Position numbers and translations under genes: made by a program. DNA of 64,000 bases from Nostoc sp. DedSLP01 (GTDB taxonomy: Bacteria; Cyanobacteriota; Cyanobacteriia; Cyanobacteriales; Nostocaceae): assembly GCA_034530875.2 (NCBI GenBank), contig JAVRCJ020000006.1, positions 227,552 to 291,551 of the forward strand, read 5' to 3'. The notes beneath the pieces were generated by a model that saw only the letters and a program-made list of their open reading frames with translations, did no database searches and was not told the origin of the DNA. Shown here piece after piece: positions 41,847-50,978 of this stretch (within the stretch, counting starts at the first letter, position 1; each line of letters starts with the position of its first letter).

Positions 41847-41925
41847 CGCTTAGTCATTAGTCATTAGCGATCGGTAATTTATAATCGTTACCAATGTCCC
41901 ATACCCAATGCCCAATGCCCAATGC

Positions 41926-42123
41926 CTATTGACTATTGACTGCTTCAGTCACGTTTGTCCTAACTGATATTTCCGGTTCGTGTTTTACTTCACCAGATCG
42001 ACTAAAATTTGTCGGAGCAGCCTTTGTAGTCGTGCGCTTTGCTAATGCTAATAACAGGTAGACTGTGAACAAATATCCAGACGCTAAAATAAAAATCATC
42101 ATAGGCATACTTCCGTAAATCAT
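41926..42123 (-). CDS. Small single-TM hypothetical protein
   Basis: ATG start, hydrophobic MMIFILASGYLFTVYLLLALA then basic KR; ends just before STRR1 repeats. Confidence 0.6.
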   Translation of the reverse strand: MIYGSMPMMIFILASGYLFTVYLLLALAKRTTTKAAPTNFSRSGEVKHEPEISVRTNVTEAVNSQ

Positions 42124-43262
42124 TGTTCTACCAGCACCTTTGATAACGAATAGAAGATTTCATGAAATTAGTAGAACTTCAACCAACTAAGTAGGTTCTT
42201 GATGGCTGTAGCTTGCTATGGTAAATTTACCTATAGAGACATAATTCTCTACGGACAAATAATTTATATCTAGTGCAACTTTTTGCAGACCATAAATCCC
42301 ACAGCAGTTAAGTTGCCAACAGACAACCTAAAACTGCAATTCACAGCGGTCTACTCGATCTGCCTTATTTTTGCTCACATTACTGTGAAATGAATAACCC
42401 TTGCGCTCAACGTGCGCTAAAAGTTCTAGCTTTTGGCCAAATCTATCTTAAAGGACACCTTTAAAATCTATTTGACCTCAGCCTACTCTTAGCGACGCTT
42501 GCTTAGCGTCTCGCAGAGAAGGAGCGTCACCCGAAGGGTTTTCCATAGGGATATTGCATAGCTCCGAATTAGGAGTTTCGCATATCGCCAGAAAAGCGAA
42601 GGAGTTTCCTCCGATTTTCACCAGCGAATAGTTATTTTATACACACAATTCCCATTTGCGTAAAATCAACTAGCAGGTGACTTAACTTTTGGTATGTGAG
42701 TATCTCAAAAATTTAAAATTCCTATATTTTAGCGTAACACAACAGCCCCGAATTTTAAGCCCTCTCATCGGCTAAATTTCAAATTTTTTCAATAGCTAGA
42801 CTTGAAGCTAGAGAAAATTTAGTCTTATATCACTAAGCTTAATACACGTTTTGTTATTATTGGCAATAAGCAATATTACTTAATTGATTTTGTTCTGTCT
42901 GTAGATAACAGTGTAGAAATACTGCAAGTGAATACCCTGACATCTTGCGCCAATTGTTTGATGCCAATTTTTCGAGAATCGCCACAGGCTAAACCCTTGT
43001 TTTGCTTTTGTGGACAGTACCCTCAAAAATATTACAAGATGTCATTAACACGATCCTCACTCAAAACTCTTGCCATATTGCCAGAAGCCATATCCATATC
43101 GAGCATAATTGCTTATTGACAAAAGCAGTATTAGCTATATCGCGATCGCTAGACTGATGAGTATGGGATTAGCCGATGAAAAGTTTGCGCTGGCACAGGG
43201 TTATCTTAAAATGAGTAAAGGATATGTAAACTTTCGTAACCTAAGTCAGAGTCCGCCCATCC

Positions 43263-44237
43263 ATGACCCCAGCCACCTCACTGTTTACCCCTGTGGAAGC
43301 AGACCTGCGACAACTAGCAGATAACCTCAAACAGCTAGTTGGAAATCGCCACCCCATTTTGTTTGCAGCAGCCGAACATTTATTCGGAGCTGGGGGAAAG
43401 CGTATCAGGCCAGCAATTGTCTTGCTAATATCGCGGGCTACAATGTTAGACCAAGAGATTACGCCTCGTCACCGCCGCTTAGCTGAGATTACTGAAATGA
43501 TTCACACAGCAAGCTTAATACACGATGACGTGGTAGATGAATCAGATATGCGGCGAGGCGTTCCTACCGTTCATAGTTTGTTGAACAGCAATCGCATTGC
43601 CATATTAGCAGGAGATTTTCTATTTGCCCAATCTTCCTGGTATTTGGCAAACTTAGACAATTTAGAAGTCGTAAAATTGCTCTCAGAAGTCATTATGGAT
43701 CTGGCTACTGGCGAGATTCAACAGGGATTGAATCGTTTTGATGCTAGTATCTCCATTGAAACTTACCTGCAAAAGAGTTATTACAAAACTGCTTCATTAA
43801 TTGCTAACAGCTCTAAAGCTGCTGGGTTATTAAGTGAAGTCTCCCGCGAAACTGTTGAGCATCTGTACAGCTATGGCCGTCATCTGGGTATAGCATTTCA
43901 AATCGTTGATGACATTCTGGATTTTACGAGTACGACAGATACTTTGGGTAAACCAGTAGCTTCAGATCTCAAAAGCGGTCATCTGACTGCGCCAGTTTTA
44001 TTTGCTTTAGCTGAAAAACCATACTTGGAAGTGTTGATTGAAAGAGAATTTGCTCAAGAAGGGGATCTAGAGCAAGCATTAGCACTGATTCAAGATAGTC
44101 AAGGTATACAGCAAGCCCGAGAATTAGCTGCCCATCATACTAAATTGGCAATCGAACATCTTGCAGTTCTGCCTCCTTCAGAGTCCCAACAGGCATTGAT
44201 TAACATAGCTGATTATGCTTTGAGTCGGCTCTATTAA
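43263..44237 (+). CDS. sds: Solanesyl diphosphate synthase
   Basis: GGKRIRP, LIHDDVVDESDMRRG, KTASL, FQIVDDILD. Confidence 0.94.
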   Translation: MTPATSLFTPVEADLRQLADNLKQLVGNRHPILFAAAEHLFGAGGKRIRPAIVLLISRATMLDQEITPRHRRLAEITEMIHTASLIHDDVVDESDMRRGVPTVHSLLNSNRIAILAGDFLFAQSSWYLANLDNLEVVKLLSEVIMDLATGEIQQGLNRFDASISIETYLQKSYYKTASLIANSSKAAGLLSEVSRETVEHLYSYGRHLGIAFQIVDDILDFTSTTDTLGKPVASDLKSGHLTAPVLFALAEKPYLEVLIEREFAQEGDLEQALALIQDSQGIQQARELAAHHTKLAIEHLAVLPPSESQQALINIADYALSRLY

Positions 44238-44510
44238 ATCTAGTTATCAATCGACGAATTTTAGATTTTAAATTTTGGGAGAAGTTGAGCTAGTGACGGC
44301 GAGTTTCCCGACTTGTGTCTCAGCACCGGAGGGTAATCGTATAGTGCTGCCGTTGAGCTGAGGTTTCCTTTGTTCGCAGCTTTTCAAAACAAATTTTCGA
44401 TTGAATGATTAAAAATCCAAAATTTAAAAACATCTGTTGTGCGGGATCTTTGGCTTCGCCCTAATCACCAAATAGATATGTTTTAGCACCATAAATGATG
44501 TCTAAATGAA

Positions 44511-44536
44511 ACCCACCCAAATATATTTGGGTGGGT
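44511..44536. terminator. Perfect 26-bp palindrome between convergent genes (likely terminator)
   Basis: ACCCACCCAAATA|TATTTGGGTGGGT followed by ATTTTT. Confidence 0.6.
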
Positions 44537-44870
44537 ATTTTTGATTAAACAGAAGTGAAGAAATAGAAAATAGTTCGCTAGTAACTGTTTTTTAGTCAAT
44601 TTTATATACTGCAAAGAGTTGACATCCAACTTATGGTTCAACAGCAGTTAAATAAAAAAATAAAAAATTGTTCGCTAGTAACTGTTTTTTAATAAATTTT
44701 AAATCTGACAAAGCAAAAAGGAAAAAAGAGTTTCCAAATTGACAAAATTTTTGCAGTTTGATTGGAAATTGAAAATTTTTGAAAAATTTTTGAGTGCCAA
44801 AAATCGGCGCTCAAAACCTTTCAAGACTGATATTAGATTGTATCGAAAAAATCTTACATCCTGAATAATT

Positions 44871-45344
44871 CTATGCAATATCAGGGGGTATGTTTTTAGG
44901 CGATCGCATCTTTCGCAGCTGTTTTTGCATAAGCTTTTCGAGTTCAGACCGTCGGACTTCAAAGGTATGAGTGGTCTGACCCGGCGTTTCCAAAAAAACG
45001 ATACTATCTACGGGTTGGAGTGCAAGTAATTGAAACAAAATATGGGTCGCCGGAACAATTTTTGCGGCCATTTGAGGGTCTAGCCCAGCAGTGGAAATTA
45101 GGGTGGCATCCTGTATGGTAGGGAAAGCGTAAACCACTCGCTTTTCCAATCCTGGATTAGTACGATTGCTCAACGTGGTTAAGACCCAGTTGCCCTCCGA
45201 ACTTTGGAGAATATAGTACTGGGAGTAACGTAATTTTTGAGCGATCGCTTTCAGGGCAGGAGAAATTGCTGAAATCAAATTTGGTGTAATACCATCGCGG
45301 GGTGCATTGTCAATCAGCAATTGAATTTGTGCTTCTAAATCCAT
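44871..45344 (-). CDS. Conserved hypothetical protein divergent from hetZ
   Basis: MDLEAQIQLLIDNAP...YYILQ...VYAFPT...IPPDIA. Confidence 0.8.
   Translation of the reverse strand: MDLEAQIQLLIDNAPRDGITPNLISAISPALKAIAQKLRYSQYYILQSSEGNWVLTTLSNRTNPGLEKRVVYAFPTIQDATLISTAGLDPQMAAKIVPATHILFQLLALQPVDSIVFLETPGQTTHTFEVRRSELEKLMQKQLRKMRSPKNIPPDIA
45076..45090 (+). promoter_or_regulatory. HetR recognition site upstream of hetZ
   Basis: GGGTCTAGCCCAGCA matches the HetR site I recall from the Anabaena PCC 7120 hetZ promoter (GGG-N5-CCC core), about 470 nt before the ATG. Confidence 0.75.
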
Positions 45345-45549
45345 AATGACTTGTATACGGCTCCTGGGTAATGGCAATAACATCTATCAAAATGCAAACA
45401 ATCGCATTAAATTTGGGAATCATAAAATCAGGCACATCTTTAATGTAGGTAGCGCCTGCCTTTAGCTTATAGGCAAAACTCCAAAAGCCAACACCCACGG
45501 TCGTACAGGTTGTATTTAAATACTTTAAGGTCTTTTGAAAACCGAGACT

Positions 45550-46752
45550 ATGAATTCAGCCGCAACCGCAACTATTCCATCAGCAACTATTCTGGGAGAA
45601 AATTCTATTGGTGTGGAGGGGATTTTTCAACTCCTGTCCAGGGAGTTTCAGCAGTCAACTAAAGCTTCGGAACAAAATTGCCACGATGTAGCAAGACGAA
45701 TCACCAACGAAGTCTATAGAATTTGCAACGAAAGCAAACGCATCCAAGCTTCCGGGGCTGTAGAAAGTTCGGCACTCACCCTCGCCCGACACCGCCTGCA
45801 ACAGTGTCTCAGGTACTATCAGCTGGGTTCAAATCGCGGCAGGGTAGAATTACACAGTACTTTGAGCGCTATTATTTATCGTTACATTAATCCCCCTCAC
45901 AAGCAATTGAGCTATCAAGGGCGGCTAACTATCATTGAAGATTTTCTACAAAGTTTTTATCTAGAAGCATTAAACGCTTTCCGGCGAGAAAATCAACTCG
46001 GTGCCACTTATCGTCCGCAAACGCTACTGGAATTGGCCGAGTACATGGCATTTACCGAACGTTACGGTAAGCGACGAATTCCTTTACCAGGTCGCCAGCA
46101 GCAGCTAATTATTCTCCGGGCGCAAACTTTCTCGCAACAACAACCCCCCGAAACCAGCGTAGACATCGAACAAGCCGCAGAAGGTAGTAGTAGTGAAACC
46201 GACGGTTGGGAAGAACCAGCCATCCAGCAATTGCGCTCTACAATGGCTACGCAAACAGAACCCGAACCTGAAGAAGACACTTTGCGTTCCGTTGTCATTA
46301 CCGAATTAATGGATTATCTCGAACAACGCCAACAATCTGACTGTGCTGATTACTTTTCCCTTCGTCTTCAAGATTTATCAGCCCAGGAAATTGAGTCAGT
46401 TTTAGGTTTAACCCCTCGTCAGAGAGATTACTTACAGCAGCGCTTCAAGTATCATCTAATTCGATTCGCTTTGTTACACCGTTGGGAATTAGTTCACGAG
46501 TGGCTGGAAGCTTCATTGCATACCAACTTGGGCTTAACTCCCCAGCAATGGCAAGCATACACAGCACAGTTGGATAACAAACAGCGGTCTTTACTGGAGT
46601 TGAAGCAGCAAGGGCAACCCGATGAAAAAATTGCTAAGACTCTAGGGTTGTCAATGGCACAACTGCAAAAACGCTGGTTTAAGATTCTCGAACAAGCTTG
46701 GGAAATTCGTAACTCATTAGTGTCCGGATCTGGTGCATCTACTCATGAATAG
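45550..46752 (+). CDS. hetZ: Heterocyst differentiation protein HetZ
   Basis: YYQLGSNRGRVELHSTLSAIIYRYI, LTPRQRDYLQQRFKYH; synteny with patU. Confidence 0.9.
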   Translation: MNSAATATIPSATILGENSIGVEGIFQLLSREFQQSTKASEQNCHDVARRITNEVYRICNESKRIQASGAVESSALTLARHRLQQCLRYYQLGSNRGRVELHSTLSAIIYRYINPPHKQLSYQGRLTIIEDFLQSFYLEALNAFRRENQLGATYRPQTLLELAEYMAFTERYGKRRIPLPGRQQQLIILRAQTFSQQQPPETSVDIEQAAEGSSSETDGWEEPAIQQLRSTMATQTEPEPEEDTLRSVVITELMDYLEQRQQSDCADYFSLRLQDLSAQEIESVLGLTPRQRDYLQQRFKYHLIRFALLHRWELVHEWLEASLHTNLGLTPQQWQAYTAQLDNKQRSLLELKQQGQPDEKIAKTLGLSMAQLQKRWFKILEQAWEIRNSLVSGSGASTHE

Positions 46753-47725
46753 TGACTCAGAATCTTCACAACACGAGTGTCTCTACTGGTTATTGACAGG
46801 TAATGTCAAAAACAGTGAGGATCCCTCGGCAGAGTGTGAGGAAAATCACGGGGTAAAAAACCTCTCCAAGGAAGCCACTGATTCAAAAAACAGCGAGCCA
46901 GAATTGAGAGGAACGCCCGAAACCTTTCTACTGGGAGAAATTCCTACTGTGCAAGATCGTTTCCAAGCCGTCCTTAAGCGTCGGTTACAAATCCAAATCC
47001 AAGACCAGCCACCCTTGTTTCCTTGGGAAACACAAATAACCGAGTATCCCGATTTTCTTGATGAGCCGTCTATGGCGCTCGTTCCTTCCTGGGGATGGAT
47101 GGCACAGCAATCGAAGCTGAATCTGCCGATTCCCTTGCCAGAAAAAGTTTTTCGGCAATTGCTAGAACAGTGTCAGGCGTTGGTTACATCTTCAGTGCCG
47201 CTAGGGGCAAAATTAGTTCAAGTGGTGGAGAACTTTTTCCCTAATGATTCTCAGGCACTCAACGACATCGCTGGATTAGTGCTTAGAAGCACTTATCGCT
47301 CTGTGAATACTCTGGACAAAATGCCAGATATTCAGAGTGATTATTCAGATTTACAACCCCGTCAACAAATGGCTTTGTCATTGCTGGCGGCAAAACAATT
47401 GCTGGAAAATCTGACTCTACCACTTTCAGCAAATAGTCCAGTGGTAGAAAGACAATGGTTAACCAGTGTCGGTACTTTGAACATTAAAGTAGAGTACCAA
47501 TCTGTAGGTAAACTGACAAAGTTACTCGTTCAAGCTGATTTACCCGTTAAAGGAACTTTGACTTTGCGGGGAAGTGGCACTTTAGCCATGACAACATCTT
47601 CGAGTTCCGGATATTTGAATGTAGAGTTAGGGTGCGAGCAACTTCATCCAATTTATACCCTAGAAGTTGAGTTTCCAGAAATAGACGAACAACCACTGTT
47701 GTTTGTGATTAGCCCTACATTCTAG
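46745..47725 (+). CDS. patU: Heterocyst pattern protein PatU (unsplit PatU5+PatU3)
   Basis: Overlaps the hetZ stop by 8 nt; GEIPTVQDRFQAVLKRRL, PPLFPWE, QQMALSLLAAK. Confidence 0.82.
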   Translation: MNSDSESSQHECLYWLLTGNVKNSEDPSAECEENHGVKNLSKEATDSKNSEPELRGTPETFLLGEIPTVQDRFQAVLKRRLQIQIQDQPPLFPWETQITEYPDFLDEPSMALVPSWGWMAQQSKLNLPIPLPEKVFRQLLEQCQALVTSSVPLGAKLVQVVENFFPNDSQALNDIAGLVLRSTYRSVNTLDKMPDIQSDYSDLQPRQQMALSLLAAKQLLENLTLPLSANSPVVERQWLTSVGTLNIKVEYQSVGKLTKLLVQADLPVKGTLTLRGSGTLAMTTSSSSGYLNVELGCEQLHPIYTLEVEFPEIDEQPLLFVISPTF

Positions 47726-47884
47726 TCTAAATTGCTACCGCTAGCACGCTATGTTAATCAACACCCATAATTTGAGATAACTTTCCCTAGCTTTTGCTTT
47801 GGGAATTTGTGTCTCTTGTTAAAACTATTAGAAACAGGGTGCTTACTTAATGTAAGTTGCCAAATGTTAGGCACGTGTAAACTC

Positions 47885-47973
47885 ATACCAATTCAAAATT
47901 CAAAATCAAGAAATCCATATTTGACAACGGTTTCTGGATTTACATCTGTTTCAAAATTTTAGTGAATTGGTAT
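47885..47973. mobile_element. 89-bp MITE-like element
   Basis: Terminal inverted repeat ATACCAATTCA ... TGAATTGGTAT, internal AAATCCA/TGGATTT arms. Confidence 0.65.
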
Positions 47974-48185
47974 CGCCCCATAATAGTAATTCGCAATTAA
48001 GAAACTGGGGAAGGAGTTGATTCAATGCGTTGTGCTGATTTTTTACTAAGGCTTCAATTTTCTACTTATAGACTAGACGCCCAAAAACAGGATAAGAAAA
48101 CTTCTCACAACGGGAATACTTAAAAGTAGGACGACCAGTTCCGTCCTGAATATGATTTCCGTCGCATCTACACCTCAGAATCGAA

Positions 48186-50498
48186 ATGTTTAATTTATCC
48201 AGGATGAATCGGTTTTGGCGTCTCTCTATAAGTAATTTCAGCCAGCGAAATACACACGGTTCGCCTTTGATAGAAGTAGAAGATTCAATTTCCTTGCGGG
48301 TGCTGGTGCTAGCGTTGGTTATTTTGGGAATTGTGGCGACTGATATAGCCGCCGAAACTTCGTTGAGTCTTTGGGCATTACCGCTGAGTGTAGTGGGTGC
48401 GGTTTGGAGTTACTATCGTCGCCGCGATCGGAATGTTGCAGTCAAGTTCTGCATTGCCATTGGGATGTTGGTGGCGCTGGGTGTTTTCTTTGGGCGCTTA
48501 GTCACAGAGTTGAATGATACGCGGTTGGGTTTAGCAGAGTTATTAATTCAACTACAGGTGTTGCATAGCTTTGATACACCCCGCCGCAAAAATCTGGGTT
48601 ATTCGATTGTTATCGGATTGATTTTATTAGGTGTGGCTGCAACGCTGAGTCAGACTTTAGCCTTTGCGCCTGTGTTGCTGTTATTTTTAGCGATCGCTCT
48701 CCCAACTTTAGTATTAGATTATCGCTCGCGTTTAGGTTTGCAGCCATTAAAAAGCCAAAAAGAAAAGACTCCAAAGGAGAAATTCTCAAGTTTAAATTTT
48801 AAATTTTTATTTGTGAATTTTTTTGTAATTGTCGGTCTGGGGCTGGCAATTTTTGCTGTTTTACCCAGGTTACCTGGCTATCAATTACGAACTTTTCCTG
48901 TAAGTTCTCCCATTGAAATCAAAGGCGATTTTACGGGGCGTAGTATTATTAATCGCGGTTATGCCCGCCAAGGTAATGGAAAGAATCAAGGTAACGGCAC
49001 AGGAAAAAGCCAAAGTGGTCAACCAGGAAAATTAGATAATAATTATTACTACGGTTTTAATAGCGAAATCAACCAAAATCTGCGCGGTGAGATGAAACCC
49101 AAGGTGGTGATGCGGGTGCGATCGCAAGCTGAGGGTTTTTGGCGAGTCTTGGCATTTGACAGTTATACAGGTCAAGGCTGGGAAGTTTCTCGTAAAGAAG
49201 ATGTTACCATCATCAAGCGGCCGCCTTGGTCTTACCAAATTTTTATTCCCCCACCTCTGCCCACTGGGAAAACAAAAGAAGTAGTACAAACTTATACAGT
49301 GGTGTCGGATTTGCCGAATTTAATTCCGGCAATGGCTAATCCCAAGGAAATTTACTTTCCCACACCAACGATCGCAGTTGATAAAGAAAATGGATTGCGA
49401 TCGCCTGTAGAATTATCAGACGGTCTAACTTATACAGTCGTTTCGGAAGTACCGTACCGCGATCGGACTTTGTTAGGCCAAACTTCTACTAAATATCCGC
49501 AACATATTAAAAACCATTATCTGCAAATCCCGCCTGAAATTGCCGAAAAAGTCCGACAACGTACCGAAGAAATTCTCGCTAAGTACAATCAACAACGGGT
49601 AGGAAAGTCTTCTAAAAGTCTGGATTCGGTTTATGAAAAGACTCTTTACTTAGCTCAATACTTGAAGCAATACTACTCTATTCCGGAAAATCCCTTAGGG
49701 CTACCTTATTTGGATGAAAAAGAAGACTTGGTAGAAGCTTTTTTATTCAAGTACAAAGGAGGCTATCCCGACCATTTTTCCACAACTCTGACGGTGATGC
49801 TGCGTTCGATTGGTATTCCAGCGCGCTTAGTGGCGGGGTTTAGTCCGGGAGAGTTTAATCCATTTACGGGGATGTATGTTGTGCGTAATACAGATGCACA
49901 CTTGATGACAGAAGTGTATTTCCCCAGATATGGCTGGTTTGCCTTCGATCCGATTCCCAATCATCCGTTGATACCCCCTTCAGTTGAAGATACTGAAACT
50001 TTTAGCGTACTGCGACAATTTTGGCAGTGGGTTGCTGGATGCTTACCTTCTCCGGTGACAGGTTTATTGAATAATGTATTTGGGACATTATTTAACTGGA
50101 TCGGTAGAGCGATCGCTTGGTTTTTAGCTTTATTTAATCAAGGTTGGTTGGGTGTATTGACTGGCTTAATCTTGAGTATTACCATAGCTTTCTTTGGTTG
50201 GGTAGGTTGGCAACAGTGGCGAGAGTGGCGCAACCGTCGATGGTTAAAGAAATTGCCAGCGATGGAAAGCCTTTATCAACAAATGCTGCAATGGACAGCC
50301 CAAAAAGGTTTGGGCAAACATCCAGCACAAACACCTTTAGAGTATGCCAGACTTTCCTACCAGCATCATGCTCTAGCAACTGCTGAGGTCATAGATGAAA
50401 TTTGTCAAGCCTATGTTAGCTGGCGTTATGGTGGTCAGACGCCTAACTTGAAGCGATTGCGAGAAAGCTGGCAAGGTTTGAAAAAGACTGGTAAGTAA
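48186..50498 (+). CDS. TgpA-like membrane transglutaminase-domain protein (DUF3488/DUF4129)
   Basis: N-terminal TMs, FWRVLAFDSY, LRSIGIPARLVAGF, GWFAFDP, QTPLEYA; GGYPDHFS has Pro at the usual catalytic Cys position. Confidence 0.9.
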   Translation: MFNLSRMNRFWRLSISNFSQRNTHGSPLIEVEDSISLRVLVLALVILGIVATDIAAETSLSLWALPLSVVGAVWSYYRRRDRNVAVKFCIAIGMLVALGVFFGRLVTELNDTRLGLAELLIQLQVLHSFDTPRRKNLGYSIVIGLILLGVAATLSQTLAFAPVLLLFLAIALPTLVLDYRSRLGLQPLKSQKEKTPKEKFSSLNFKFLFVNFFVIVGLGLAIFAVLPRLPGYQLRTFPVSSPIEIKGDFTGRSIINRGYARQGNGKNQGNGTGKSQSGQPGKLDNNYYYGFNSEINQNLRGEMKPKVVMRVRSQAEGFWRVLAFDSYTGQGWEVSRKEDVTIIKRPPWSYQIFIPPPLPTGKTKEVVQTYTVVSDLPNLIPAMANPKEIYFPTPTIAVDKENGLRSPVELSDGLTYTVVSEVPYRDRTLLGQTSTKYPQHIKNHYLQIPPEIAEKVRQRTEEILAKYNQQRVGKSSKSLDSVYEKTLYLAQYLKQYYSIPENPLGLPYLDEKEDLVEAFLFKYKGGYPDHFSTTLTVMLRSIGIPARLVAGFSPGEFNPFTGMYVVRNTDAHLMTEVYFPRYGWFAFDPIPNHPLIPPSVEDTETFSVLRQFWQWVAGCLPSPVTGLLNNVFGTLFNWIGRAIAWFLALFNQGWLGVLTGLILSITIAFFGWVGWQQWREWRNRRWLKKLPAMESLYQQMLQWTAQKGLGKHPAQTPLEYARLSYQHHALATAEVIDEICQAYVSWRYGGQTPNLKRLRESWQGLKKTGK

Positions 50499-50558
50499 TT
50501 TAACGTAAGTTTTAAAACAATATCCACTTCTTTAAGCCCAATTAGACAAATAGTTTAG

Positions 50559-50978
50559 ATGCCCAAAAAGAAATTTGCAGATATTCCCTTTCCTCCTGTA
50601 ATTATTATGGATACAGATACTCCAGTTTCCATAAACCAAGTTTCAAACATTTTAAGGGAGCGCCCAAAGGGAGCTAGTATCTGCATTCGTAGTACACAGG
50701 GGCATACTAATAGAGGCGGGTACTTCTTTCATATCCTACCGATAGAGAGCGATTTAAGCAAATGCGAGTTATACAACTTTGAAAAAATGTTGGTTGCTAC
50801 ATTACCTGTCGAACAGATAATCCTCTTTATTAATCATTGTTCAGGCTTGGAGTTCAACGACTGGGTATTTCAATTCTGCCAATCAGTTGTTAATTTCCGC
50901 CTTGACCCAGCTGAACCTGAATCTGCTGAGCTTAACTCTACAGATTCAGATCTTATTGAGTTTGATTCTCTTGGATGA
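50559..50978 (+). CDS. Orphan hypothetical protein convergent with the R-M gene
   Basis: 139-aa ATG ORF whose 3' end overlaps the R-M gene 3' end by 26 nt. Confidence 0.65.
   Translation: MPKKKFADIPFPPVIIMDTDTPVSINQVSNILRERPKGASICIRSTQGHTNRGGYFFHILPIESDLSKCELYNFEKMLVATLPVEQIILFINHCSGLEFNDWVFQFCQSVVNFRLDPAEPESAELNSTDSDLIEFDSLG

Noticed and set aside
44573..44691. CRISPR mini-array
   Set aside because: Only two 22-bp copies, a 75-nt spacer, no typical repeat end and no cas genes
46834..46842. Second Yfr1-complementary GTGTGAGGA inside patU
   Set aside because: One 9-mer match is expected by chance in 64 kb, and it lies about 90 nt into the CDS
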